Shown piece by piece: positions 8,285 to 17,594 of a DNA stretch of 45,692 bases (its first letter is position 1; each line of letters begins with the position of its first letter). This stretch comes from Gemmatimonadota bacterium. GTDB taxonomy: Bacteria > Gemmatimonadota > Gemmatimonadetes > Palauibacterales > Palauibacteraceae. The DNA lies in NCBI GenBank assembly GCA_046758745.1, contig JBHIAV010000020.1, forward strand, positions 1-45,692, given 5' to 3'. A program made the position numbers and the translations under genes. Below the pieces are notes generated by a model. It was not told the origin of the DNA and did no database searches. It saw nothing but the letters and a program-made list of their open reading frames with translations.

Positions 8285-9982
8285 TCAGACCCCGTGCTCG
8301 TCGGCTTCGGACGGTACGGCACCGGCCGCTTGATGCGCCGTCGGGATGATCTGGCCGTGCGGCACATAGCGGGCGTCCACCGGATAATTCGCGAAACGGA
8401 TCGTGTAGAACTCCTCGAAGAACGGGCCGATCACTCGCTCGATCTCGGGGTCATAATCGGGAGCAACTTGGAACACTCGTCCCTGGTGATCCGCGCGGAA
8501 CTCGTGGTCATCGATGATGAGCTCCCCGTCCTTGATCACATAACGGGGCGTGGAGAACATCTTTTCCTTGTCCTCGTCCTCCTCGTAGATCGTGATGTCG
8601 GCGTCCGCCCCGACCCCTAGGTGGCCCTTATCCGTGAGCCCCAGGAGGCGCGCCGGCCCCGCGCGGGTGATGATCGCGATCTCGTAGAGCGAGTACTCGC
8701 GCTCTTGGCAGTCGCGAAGCCCGCTGTTCTCGAGCGCTTTCTGGTTCACCGTGGCCATTTGCTGCTTGCGGTACTCGCGATCCATGAGCAGCCGTATGAG
8801 CGCCGGATACGTCATGAACGAACCGCCATTCGGATGATCGGTGGAGAACACCATGCGCCAGGGGTCCTCCGAGAGCAGGAACAGCTCGAGTCCGATGGCC
8901 CACTGCAGCGCGTTGGTGTACACGCGATCCTGGTAGGTGAACGGGACGATGCCGCAGCCGCTCTCGTTCTCGGTATCGGCGCTCACCCATTTGCCGCCAC
9001 CGAAACGGCGCAGCATGTATGCGAGCGGGGCATCCGCTGTCATGCTCATGGACCGCCCGAACATCACGGCGCCCACGTCCGCGCTGATGTTGGGGTGCGT
9101 GTTGACGAAATCGGCGATATCTCGCGCCCGTGACGTCGGGTTCTCCCCACTCTTCCCGGCGATGGAGCCGTAGCTGTGGAACTGGATGTGCGTGATGTGC
9201 GCCCGCCGCCCCTCCGCGATCCGCATCGTCTCGAGCGTCGTCTCGAAGTTCCCGGTGTGGCCCAGGTTGTTGCAGTGGATGTGCACCGGGTGCGGAAGCC
9301 CCAGGTCGTTCGCAGCTTCGATGAACGCGCCGATCACCTTGCGCGGAGTGAGGTCGAAGGATCCGATCTTCTCATCGAGCCGGGTAATGTTTGCGTTCCT
9401 CTGCCCCTTCCAGAGTTCATCGGCCCCGGGATTCACCAGCTTGGGGGCGTATGCCTTGGTCGCACTCAGCCACCAGGCCAGCGCCTGCTGGAACTCCTCG
9501 CCCCGCCCCTCCTCCAGCATTCGGTAGAGCAGCAGGTTGTTGCCGACCAGCACGAAGAATCCCTTGTCGATGACCGGCGTGTCGTGCAGTTCCTCCAGCG
9601 TGTGGCGCGCGCCGAGCGGCGTCACGGCGGCTTCCATAGCCGTGGTGTAGCCGAGCGCCGCGTACCGATAGCCGGTAGCGAACGTGGACGGAACGGAGCC
9701 GCCCGTGCCCGAGCGGGTGAGTCGGGTGCGCTGATGGACGTCGTGCCGGTGGTCCTCCGGCTGTACCTTCCGAGCGAGGTTGACCTTGGGGCCGGCGATG
9801 TGACAGTGGATGTCGATGCCTCCCGGCATCACCACCATTCCGCTCGCCTCGATCTTCTTCGCCTCCGGGGGGACGCTGGGCACAATCCTGCCGTCCTGGA
9901 CGCACACGTCCCGCACCTCGGCGTCGACGCCGTTCGCCGGGTCGTACACCCTGCCGTCGACGATGCGCAGCGACGAACCCAC
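8285..9982 (-). CDS. fwdA: formylmethanofuran dehydrogenase subunit A (amidohydrolase)
   Basis: DIHCHIAG, KLVNPG, HPVHIHCNNLG, HITHIQFHSYG, STDHPNGG metal ligands. GTG after GAGGAGG. Confidence 0.95.
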   Translation of the reverse strand: MGSSLRIVDGRVYDPANGVDAEVRDVCVQDGRIVPSVPPEAKKIEASGMVVMPGGIDIHCHIAGPKVNLARKVQPEDHRHDVHQRTRLTRSGTGGSVPSTFATGYRYAALGYTTAMEAAVTPLGARHTLEELHDTPVIDKGFFVLVGNNLLLYRMLEEGRGEEFQQALAWWLSATKAYAPKLVNPGADELWKGQRNANITRLDEKIGSFDLTPRKVIGAFIEAANDLGLPHPVHIHCNNLGHTGNFETTLETMRIAEGRRAHITHIQFHSYGSIAGKSGENPTSRARDIADFVNTHPNISADVGAVMFGRSMSMTADAPLAYMLRRFGGGKWVSADTENESGCGIVPFTYQDRVYTNALQWAIGLELFLLSEDPWRMVFSTDHPNGGSFMTYPALIRLLMDREYRKQQMATVNQKALENSGLRDCQEREYSLYEIAIITRAGPARLLGLTDKGHLGVGADADITIYEEDEDKEKMFSTPRYVIKDGELIIDDHEFRADHQGRVFQVAPDYDPEIERVIGPFFEEFYTIRFANYPVDARYVPHGQIIPTAHQAAGAVPSEADEHGV

Positions 9983-10007
9983 GCAGCCTCCTCTCGGCGT
10001 GCGGGCC

Positions 10008-11357
10008 CTACGCGACCGAGGCGACGAGCGGTGTGCCCACAGGGAGGCGGTTACCTCCGAGCAGCTCGCGCACGCGATGGCGGATGGCGGTCAGGATCTG
10101 CTCGTCGCTCGGGTAAGGCGAATCGAAGGCCGGGCGCAGCGTGATCGGGACGTCGTCCATGCGGTACACCGTGCCCGCGACGTTGATGCCGTACGTGGCC
10201 GTCGTGAATGCCACCCGCGCCAGCTGGCTCGTAAGCGTGAGCTTGGGATCCAGGCAGATGACCGGGATACGCCGGAGGTGCTCGATGGCCGCCTTTGGAA
10301 AGTTGGAGGCGGGATCGCTCGCGACGATCAGAGCCGCATCGGCTTCGCGACGGGCGAGCAGGTCCACCGTGGTGAACTCGCCGGGATTGAAGCGAGGGTA
10401 CCCTCGGCTGAAGTTGACGCCGAACGGGAACCCCGTCTGCCACGACAGAACGTTGTCCGCGCCCGTCACATTGCCATGACCGCGGACCGGCTTCGCCACG
10501 AAGCGCGTGAACTCGTTAAGATCAGTGGCGAGTGCCAGCAGCGCTCCGGAATTGAAGTGCCGGCCGCGGGTCATCGTGAGTCCCATCCCGAACAGGAAGA
10601 CGCCGTAGCAGCAGCTCTTCATCCGCGAGACGAGGTCCTCTAGGACGGCGAGGGAGACGCCGGTGCGCTGCTCGATGGAGGGATCGACCTCGCGTCCTTT
10701 GACCAGGGCCCTCAACGCCCACAGGACTTCGAAGTCACTGCGCGGCTTCACCTGGATGAAGATGTCCGCTACCCGCGCACTGGGAGTTCGCCGCACGTCC
10801 ACCAGGACGACGGTGCGGTCTTTTCGACCGTTGGGGACGTACATGCCCTTCGGGGTCACCGCGTACCTCGTGAAGAGCCGCGGGTGCGACTCCGCCGGGT
10901 TACCGCCCCAGAACACGATGAGGTCCGCCCGGTTCTTTATCTCGCCGAGCGAGGCGGTGCTTTCGCCCACGCCCTGGAACGCGATTCCCGATGGGCCGTG
11001 GCACACCGAGGTCGTGGTGTCCACCGTGCCGCCGATCATGTCCGCGAGCGACACCGCCACGCGCTGAGCCTCACAGGTCGTGTCGGACAGCCCGTAGATC
11101 ACGGGGAAACGCGCCCGGGCGAGAATCTGTGCGGCCTCTTCGACGCCTTCATCGGTGCTCGCCTCGCGACCCTCGATCAGGGCGAACGGACGCTCCTCGA
11201 GGCCGTGCTGCTTGAACCACGCCCTGCCCAGGATACAGGCGTTCGCCGCCTTCGTGATGCGCTTCTGCTCCAGATCCACGGTGAGGTCCATGTCGTCGCA
11301 AACGCAGCCGCAGAATGTGCAGGTAGCCCCCTCTACAACCCTGATGCCGTCGCTCAT
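10008..11357 (-). CDS. fwdB: formylmethanofuran dehydrogenase subunit B (Mo/W-pterin, [4Fe-4S])
   Basis: CTFCGCVCDD plus a distal ANAC Cys, TSVCHGPS, IKNRADLIVFWG, RGHGNVTG, YRMDDVP. ATG after GAGGAG. Confidence 0.93.
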   Translation of the reverse strand: MSDGIRVVEGATCTFCGCVCDDMDLTVDLEQKRITKAANACILGRAWFKQHGLEERPFALIEGREASTDEGVEEAAQILARARFPVIYGLSDTTCEAQRVAVSLADMIGGTVDTTTSVCHGPSGIAFQGVGESTASLGEIKNRADLIVFWGGNPAESHPRLFTRYAVTPKGMYVPNGRKDRTVVLVDVRRTPSARVADIFIQVKPRSDFEVLWALRALVKGREVDPSIEQRTGVSLAVLEDLVSRMKSCCYGVFLFGMGLTMTRGRHFNSGALLALATDLNEFTRFVAKPVRGHGNVTGADNVLSWQTGFPFGVNFSRGYPRFNPGEFTTVDLLARREADAALIVASDPASNFPKAAIEHLRRIPVICLDPKLTLTSQLARVAFTTATYGINVAGTVYRMDDVPITLRPAFDSPYPSDEQILTAIRHRVRELLGGNRLPVGTPLVASVA

Positions 11358-11361
11358 CGGA

Positions 11362-11730
11362 CTAATCTCCTCGATTCTCCGCGCTCTCCCGGACCGGCTC
11401 GATTTCAACGTCCAGGTTCTTGGAGATCGGCATGCCGCTGCCGGCCGTATCGCTCGCCATCAGCTCGCTCGACAGGGGGCCGTAGGCCATGAACAGTATC
11501 CCCGGTGGCAGGTCCTTCGTCTCGCGGCCCTTGCACCGCACGACGACCTCGCCCACCGACGTGCGCAGCCGCACCTTGCTGTCATCCTTGAGTCCAAGGC
11601 GCGCCATGTCCTCCACGTTCATCTCCACGGTCGAGGAGATGTCAATGTACGTCGGCTCCGTCTTACCTGCGCACAGAGAGGTCCCCTGCTTGCTCGAGCG
11701 CCCGCCGATCAGCGTCATGATCTCAGCCAT
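11362..11730 (-). CDS. fwdD: formylmethanofuran dehydrogenase subunit D (molybdopterin dinucleotide-binding domain)
   Basis: LIGGRSSKQG, EMNVEDMARLG, GILFMAYGP, DTAGSGMP; directly upstream of fwdB. Alternative start 11766. Confidence 0.88.
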   Translation of the reverse strand: MAEIMTLIGGRSSKQGTSLCAGKTEPTYIDISSTVEMNVEDMARLGLKDDSKVRLRTSVGEVVVRCKGRETKDLPPGILFMAYGPLSSELMASDTAGSGMPISKNLDVEIEPVRESAENRGD

Positions 11731-11812
11731 GGGAAACCTGGCGGACCTCAAGAGAGGATCGCTCATTCCCGGCGATCCAGCCTGGATTCCCGGGTTTGCC
11801 GCTGCCGTCTCC

Positions 11813-11821
11813 AGTATAGCA
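11813..11821 (-). promoter_or_regulatory. candidate extended -10 promoter (TGnTATACT) upstream of fwdD
   Basis: Minus strand reads TGCTATACT in the fnr-fwdD gap; no clear -35. Confidence 0.45.
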
Positions 11822-11832
11822 CATCTGGCACC

Positions 11833-13221
11833 TCATTGAGAGCGACCGTCCAGCAGTCTCAGCATCTCCTCGACGCGGGTGAACTTCTCACGCGGCTTGC
11901 CCTTGGCTGCTCCGCGTCTGATCTCCGCCTGGTCGATTACAAGCCAGTCGCTGTAGCTGACCACCCGAGGCCCATCCCCTGCGCGCAGGACGTTCAGGCC
12001 GTCCGCCCCGGGCTTCGCGCCGCTGTCCAGAGCCGGCAGATCGGCGAGCAGGGATTTCACGGTCGCGACGCTGTCCGCGCGGTTCGTACCGATGAGCCCC
12101 GTCGGACCACGCTTGATCCATCCCGTGGCGTACAGCCCCGGAATCACGGCGCCGCTCTCGTCGACGATCCGTCCGTCACGGGTGGGGAAGATGCCCCGGC
12201 GCACATCGAACGGAACACCCGGGAGCGGGATGCCCTGATACCCGATGCTGCGGAATAGTAGCCCACAGGCCATTCCCACGCGTTCCCCTGTCCCTACCGC
12301 CTTCTGCTGGAAGGGCTGGCCCTCGAGTCGGTTCCGTTCGAAGATGACCTCCTCCAGCCGCCCTTCGCCCTTGAGCTGCACAGGACTCAGCAGGAAGCGC
12401 AGGATGATCCGCCGACGGCTTCCGCGGCCGGGCCGGGAGGTGAAGCCGTGGAGGATCTCCACGTTCTTCCGGGCGACGGACCCGCGCTTGTCGGCGATTT
12501 CGGAGAGACTCTCGGGATTGAGCTCGAGCTCCGCCGGATCCACCGCCGGATCGCAGTCCGCCAGCTCGCCCAGCTCCCGGAGCTCCTTGCTGGTGAACTT
12601 CGCCTGCGCGGGACCGCGGCGCCCGACAACATGGATCTCCCGGATCCGGCTCGTGGCGAGGCAGTCGATGGCATGTTCGCAGATATCGGTCTGCTTCAGC
12701 TCGTCCACTGTCTTGGCGAGAATCCGGCACACGTCGACGGCGACGTTCCCCTGGCCGATGATGACCGCCACCTCATGGCTCAGATCGAACCGCCGATCGT
12801 GGTAATCCGGATGCCCGTTGTACCAGCCGACGAATTCGGTCGCGGTGTGGCTTCCCGGCAGATCCTCCCCGGGAATCCCCAACCGGCGGTCGCTCTCCGC
12901 CCCGCAGGCGAACACCACCGCATGATACGCCTCCCGCAGCTCCTGGACGGCGACATCGCGGCCCACCGTGACGTTGCCCAGAAACCTGAACTCGGGCTCG
13001 CGCGCGATCCTCTCGTAGATCCGGATCGGCCCCTTGAGCTTGGGATGGTCGGGGGCGACCCCGTAGCGAACGAGGCCGAAGGGGGCCGGAAGCCGTTCAA
13101 GCATGTCGACGCGGACCACGTGCTCGGACTTGATGAGGGCTTCTGCGGCGTAAAACCCACTGGGGCCGGCGCCGACGATCGCCACCTTGAGGGGATTCTG
13201 CTCCGAGCCGAGGACGCTCAT
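11833..13221 (-). CDS. ferredoxin--NADP+ reductase (FprA/adrenodoxin reductase type)
   Basis: VAIVGAGPSGFYAA, PFGLVRYGVAPDH, FVGWYNGHP, IGQGNVAVDV, GRRGPAQAKFT, GWIKRGPTGLIGTN, KPREK. ATG after GGAG. Confidence 0.92.
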   Translation of the reverse strand: MSVLGSEQNPLKVAIVGAGPSGFYAAEALIKSEHVVRVDMLERLPAPFGLVRYGVAPDHPKLKGPIRIYERIAREPEFRFLGNVTVGRDVAVQELREAYHAVVFACGAESDRRLGIPGEDLPGSHTATEFVGWYNGHPDYHDRRFDLSHEVAVIIGQGNVAVDVCRILAKTVDELKQTDICEHAIDCLATSRIREIHVVGRRGPAQAKFTSKELRELGELADCDPAVDPAELELNPESLSEIADKRGSVARKNVEILHGFTSRPGRGSRRRIILRFLLSPVQLKGEGRLEEVIFERNRLEGQPFQQKAVGTGERVGMACGLLFRSIGYQGIPLPGVPFDVRRGIFPTRDGRIVDESGAVIPGLYATGWIKRGPTGLIGTNRADSVATVKSLLADLPALDSGAKPGADGLNVLRAGDGPRVVSYSDWLVIDQAEIRRGAAKGKPREKFTRVEEMLRLLDGRSQ

Positions 13222-13689
13222 TGGTGCTCCGTTCGGGTCAGGCGCAGGCATCATCACGGGAACACGACGATTGCCAGGATGTGTCGTCCAACCGGCCTAG
13301 CAACGGCCACGCGGGAGAGCGTCACGAGAGAACTGACCGGTTGCGCGGCCAAACTGTGTCGTCGTCGAGGGGTCCCGATGCCTTCACGTTACATTTCTCC
13401 CTGTGGGCCGCGACCGCTCAGAATCGGGCCTCCGTCGCGGCGCCGCAAATCGGACAGCGGGGACCCGTCATGCAAGCGAGATCGCGGTTGGTAGCGACCG
13501 ACCTGACGGGCAGGACGGATCTCGTCCTGGGCGCCACAGGACCGCCGGACGCGGCTTCGGGCAGGGGCCTGAGAATCGGCGCTCCCCGACGAGAACGTGA
13601 ACCGCGGCGCGGCACATTCGAGGGGATACCGCGAAAGGAAGAGCCAGCGTGCCCGGGCTGCCGGGGCGCCTTCATCGCCGCGCGGCGGT

Positions 13690-14817
13690 ATGTCGGCTGA
13701 CTCCAAGCCCTTTCTCGTCGCCGCCGTGGCGGGGCGGGCGCTTGCTGCTTCGGCGTCGCGGGCCGGTCATACGGTCGTCGTGGTCGACTGTTTTGCCGAC
13801 CGCGATACGCGAGCGCTGGCGAGGGACTGCCGTTCGGTGGTGGCGGCGCACGGGCTGAGATTGGACGGCCGCGCTCTTCTCGCTGCGGCAGAGGCGCTGG
13901 CACCACCGGGGCGCTGCGCCGGGGTGGTCTATGGTTCCGGGTTCGAGGGGCGAACCGGCCTGCTGGCGCGCCTCCTCGTCGGTCGCCGGCGCTATGGCAA
14001 CGAGCCATCGGCGGTGGCCGCGATCAAGGATCCACGGTGCTTCCTGCCCCTGCTGGATCGCCTCGGCATCCGCTACCCCGAAGTGCGGCTCACTCCGCCT
14101 CCGGACCCCGCCGGGTGGCTGGTGAAGCGACCCGGAGGCGCCGGGGGTGCCCACGTGCGCCACGCCGGTAGGCGTCGCGTGCGGGCCGGCTCGTATTTCC
14201 AGCGCTTCGAAAAGGGCCGAGGCCTCTCGGCGCTGTTCCTGGCCGATGGCCGACGCGCCCGCGTCATCGGGTTCAACGAGCAGTGGACCGCGCCGGCCCG
14301 ACGCGGCCGGCCTTTTCTGTACGGCGGCGCCGTCGGTGGGATCGCTCTGCCGCCGGCGGTGGAGTCGGACCTGCGCGCCAAGCTCGACGTCCTGGTGGCG
14401 GCCACGGGGCTAGTAGGGCTGAACGGCATCGATTTCCTGCTCCGCGGCGACGAGTGGTTGGCCCTCGAGGTGAACCCCCGCCCGACGGCCACGGTGGAGC
14501 TGTACGACCCGGACTACCCGCACGGCCTGTTCGACTGGCATCTGCGCGCCTGCGAGGGCGAACTTCCCGGACATCCGGCACGTCCACGCGCAGCGCGGGC
14601 CCACGCCGTCGTCTACGCGGCCAACAACGTGCAGTTGAGCGCCGCGTTCCTGTTTCCCGACTGGTGCCGCGATCTCCCGGATCCGGGCACCCGGTTTGCG
14701 CCGGGAGATCCGGTATGTACGGTACATGCTGCCGCAGCCGACGCCGAGCGGGCCGTTGCGCTCGTCCGTCGCCGGGAGGCCGTCATCCGGAGCGCGATGA
14801 TCGAGCAACGGACATGA
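13690..14817 (+). CDS. ATP-grasp ligase OrfY (MyfA, methylofuran glutamylation)
   Basis: GRALAASASRAG, VDCFADRDT, VYGSGFE, WLVKRPGGAGG, GLNGIDF, LEVNPRPTAT, GDPVCTV. Confidence 0.82.
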   Translation: MSADSKPFLVAAVAGRALAASASRAGHTVVVVDCFADRDTRALARDCRSVVAAHGLRLDGRALLAAAEALAPPGRCAGVVYGSGFEGRTGLLARLLVGRRRYGNEPSAVAAIKDPRCFLPLLDRLGIRYPEVRLTPPPDPAGWLVKRPGGAGGAHVRHAGRRRVRAGSYFQRFEKGRGLSALFLADGRRARVIGFNEQWTAPARRGRPFLYGGAVGGIALPPAVESDLRAKLDVLVAATGLVGLNGIDFLLRGDEWLALEVNPRPTATVELYDPDYPHGLFDWHLRACEGELPGHPARPRAARAHAVVYAANNVQLSAAFLFPDWCRDLPDPGTRFAPGDPVCTVHAAAADAERAVALVRRREAVIRSAMIEQRT

Positions 14818-14964
14818 GAGTGCAACATTCCACCCGTCCCTCCCGGGCAGGCGAGCACCTCGGCGTCAAGGCCCTCGCGGCTCGCCGTCTCGCCGCAATC
14901 CGCATAGGCGAACTCGGAAGCGCGGGGTCGGTCGCGCCGACGAAGCGTAGGACCTCGCCCTCTT

Positions 14965-15137
14965 GGGGCCGGCGATCAAGTCGGGGGGGCCAGCGCTGCG
15001 CAGGATCGTGGCGAAGCCTTCCGGATCCGCGAGCGCCTCGCCGGTCGGGATGGAGCGTTCGAGGAAGACGCGCTCGCCCTCCAGTCCGACCACTCGAACC
15101 GCAGCGTCCCCGGATCGATGCGGATGACGCGCGGCAC
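14965..15137 (-). pseudogene. frameshifted, truncated DUF1464 (butyrate-kinase-like) gene remnant
   Basis: GTG 5 nt after the mtd stop reads VPRVIRIDPGTLRF; a frameshift near 15095 continues VVGLEGERVFLERSIPTGEALADPEGFATILRSAGPPDLIAGP. This resembles the DUF1464 N-terminus (IDPGT...DLIAGPSGYG), and similarity stops at IAGP. Confidence 0.65.
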
Positions 15138-15142
15138 GGCGG

Positions 15143-15997
15143 TCAGAGCGACCGCGCCAGCTCGAAGATCGTCTCGGCGTCCAGGACCAGATCGTTCCGC
15201 TCGAAGAGCCGCGCGATGCACGCCTTGTGGAGCTTCAGCTTGAAGCCGCCGACGCCGAACGCGCCGAACGTAGTCGCCCCATCGCGCGACGCCCCGTCGT
15301 CAGTCGCCTCCACTCCCTCGATCCCGAGGGGAGGCACCGCGTTCAGGTCGCCGAGCACCGACGGTCCCTCGCTCGCCCACGCGGAGCGCTTGAGAAGGAC
15401 AACGCCCGGCGGGCCGCAGGAGAGGACGATATCGGCTCCCTCGAGATCCTCGGCCGACTCCAGAGGGTAGTCCACGGCCCGGGGCGTCACCTCGACCCCG
15501 AAGCGCCCCGAGACGACGCGGCGCGCGCGCTCGGCCGTCGCGGTGCTCCGCGAGGTGATGGCGACCTCGGCTCCCGCCGTGGCGAAGAGCGCCGCGGCCC
15601 GCTTGCCGACCGGTCCGGTGCCGCCGAGGAGGAGGACCCGCTTCCCTTCCACGCCGCCGGCCGCCCGCTCCAGCTTTACCACGGCGGCCACCGCCGTCGT
15701 GTTCGAGCCGTTCGAGTCGAGCAGGATGGCTACCCGGAACGGGCCGAAGAACGCCTCCCGGGCCTTCTCGAGCAGGGTCTCCCCGGCCTCGAGGTCGGCG
15801 CCGCCGATGAAGATGGCGGTATTCCGGAGCTCCTTCGGGCCGCGCGTGAAGATGGCCCCATGCACGAGGCCGCGGACGTCGCCGGAATCCACCCCACCGT
15901 AGGCGAGCACCTCATCCGCGCCGCCGTCGAACGCGACGATGCTGTCGAAGGCACTCGGGTGTCGGTCGCTGTCGAGCTGGAGGAGGAGCTTCTTCAT
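15143..15997 (-). CDS. mtdA: NAD(P)-dependent methylene-H4MPT dehydrogenase (MtdA/MtdC type)
   Basis: KKLLLQLD, AFDGGAD, IFTRGPK, FFGPFRV, LDSNGSNTTA, GTGPVG, DLNAVPPLGI, KLKLHKACIARLF. Confidence 0.9.
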   Translation of the reverse strand: MKKLLLQLDSDRHPSAFDSIVAFDGGADEVLAYGGVDSGDVRGLVHGAIFTRGPKELRNTAIFIGGADLEAGETLLEKAREAFFGPFRVAILLDSNGSNTTAVAAVVKLERAAGGVEGKRVLLLGGTGPVGKRAAALFATAGAEVAITSRSTATAERARRVVSGRFGVEVTPRAVDYPLESAEDLEGADIVLSCGPPGVVLLKRSAWASEGPSVLGDLNAVPPLGIEGVEATDDGASRDGATTFGAFGVGGFKLKLHKACIARLFERNDLVLDAETIFELARSL

Positions 15998-16051
15998 ACG
16001 AGGGCGGTGGGAGCCGGCGCAGGTGCCGGCCCCCGCGGAGGCCTCGCCCGC

Positions 16052-16573
16052 CTAGACGCGCACGGTCTCCTCTGCGCCCGCGGCGAACGGGTGACGGGCC
16101 GCCTCCTTCTTCGACAGCACCGTGTCGATCGTGGGAAGGCTCTTGATCGCCCGCTCGATCGACTCCTTCGTCGCCTGGTAGTTGAAGTCGAAGATCTTCT
16201 TGTCGTCCTCGGCCTCCCAGTGGATGAACACGCCGACCAGGATGCACAGGTCATCCACCTGATCCTTGGGGATGATCCCCTCCTCGACGGAATCCACTAC
16301 GGCGCGCGCCACCGCCGCCTGGGCGGGCCCGAACATCTGTACCGCCTGCTTGGCCCCTTTGATCGTCACCTTGTTGAAGAGCAGGGTATCGGGCTTGGCG
16401 GGGAGGTTCGGCTCGACGACCGCCAGGAGAGCGTTGTGGCCGGAGCGCTGGGAGCAGAGGGTGTTGGTGAACGCTTGGCCGGCCGGTCCGTTCTTGGAAC
16501 CGATGACGAGATCGACGTGAGCGACCTCGTTACCGTCGCCGACAAGCGACTCGCCGATCATGAGTGATCGCAT
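16052..16573 (-). CDS. fae: formaldehyde-activating enzyme
   Basis: [45 protein letters not shown] after GGAGG. Confidence 0.95.
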   Translation of the reverse strand: MRSLMIGESLVGDGNEVAHVDLVIGSKNGPAGQAFTNTLCSQRSGHNALLAVVEPNLPAKPDTLLFNKVTIKGAKQAVQMFGPAQAAVARAVVDSVEEGIIPKDQVDDLCILVGVFIHWEAEDDKKIFDFNYQATKESIERAIKSLPTIDTVLSKKEAARHPFAAGAEETVRV

Positions 16574-16901
16574 GGAACGCCTCCTGTGCCAAGGAGTGAC
16601 TCTGGCGCAAACGACGGATCCCGGGGCCAGCCCGGGTAACGTCGTTGGGCTCGCGGAAGAAGGTAGTTCGGTAGAGAAGCCTCCCCCAGAAGCAACGTTG
16701 AAACGACGTTCAGGAAGTGACCCGTAGAATAGGCATCGAGCACCGGGAGGTCAAGATGCGAGCACGGTTGAATGTTCACCACCCGTTCCGTATTTCAGAC
16801 GCGTCTCGCAGCGCCGGCATCCTTCGCTCGGAACGATGCCGGAACCGCCGCTACTGAGGAGCGACTTACCCGTCCGCGGGTCCGGTTCGTACGGAGGCGA
16901 C

Positions 16902-17594
16902 GTGGCAGCTACGGGAAGTGATGGCTCCCGGGAGATCCGAGCGTCCCGCAGCCTCATGGAGGTCACGGAGTGGGAGCTCCAGCGCATCCTGCTGGACATC
17001 CACGACGGCCCGGTGCAGCACATGTACGCCGCCCTTTCCCAGCTCGACCTGTTGCGGCGCTCGCTCGGAGGGGCGGGGAAGGTATCGCCCGAGGCGGACC
17101 AGCTGATCGAGCGAATCCGACGCCTCCTCGAGCGGGGACTGGGCGAGGTTCGGAGCTTCATCGGAGCCTTCCGGCCGCCCGAGTTCGAGTCCCGCGATCT
17201 CGTCGCCCTGCTCGAGGGACTCGTTCTCCAGCACGAGGCCGACACCGATATGGATGTGACCCTCGAGGTGGATGGACGACTTCCCGAGGTGACGCTGGCC
17301 GTCAAGATCGCACTCTACCGGGTGCTACAGGAGGCGCTGTCGAACGCCTATCGGCACGGGGGCGCGGACCGGGTGGCTGCTCGGCTCGTCCCCGTGCGGA
17401 GAGGGGATGAGGCCGGCATCGAGATGCGGATCGTCGATAACGGCGCGGGCTTCGATCCCGCAGCGGTTCGCCCCGAGCAGCGTTTCGGGCTGAAGGGGAT
17501 GCGTGACCGCATGGAGATGATCGGAGGGAGCTTCAGCCTGAAGAGCTCGCCGGGGCGGGGGACGGTCATCGTCCTGGGGGCGCCAGCGGCGTGA
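16902..17594 (+). CDS. cytoplasmic histidine kinase (HisKA_3 + HATPase), no sensor domain
   Basis: H-box LDIHDGPVQ, YRVLQEALSNAYRH, DNGAGFD, FGLKGMRDR. GTG after GGAGG; alternative ATG 16836. Confidence 0.88.
   Translation: MAATGSDGSREIRASRSLMEVTEWELQRILLDIHDGPVQHMYAALSQLDLLRRSLGGAGKVSPEADQLIERIRRLLERGLGEVRSFIGAFRPPEFESRDLVALLEGLVLQHEADTDMDVTLEVDGRLPEVTLAVKIALYRVLQEALSNAYRHGGADRVAARLVPVRRGDEAGIEMRIVDNGAGFDPAAVRPEQRFGLKGMRDRMEMIGGSFSLKSSPGRGTVIVLGAPAA

Noticed and set aside
13222-13689. Moco/tungsten riboswitch upstream of fnr-fwd
   Set aside because: No recognisable consensus by eye; an Rfam cmscan would be needed to exclude it.
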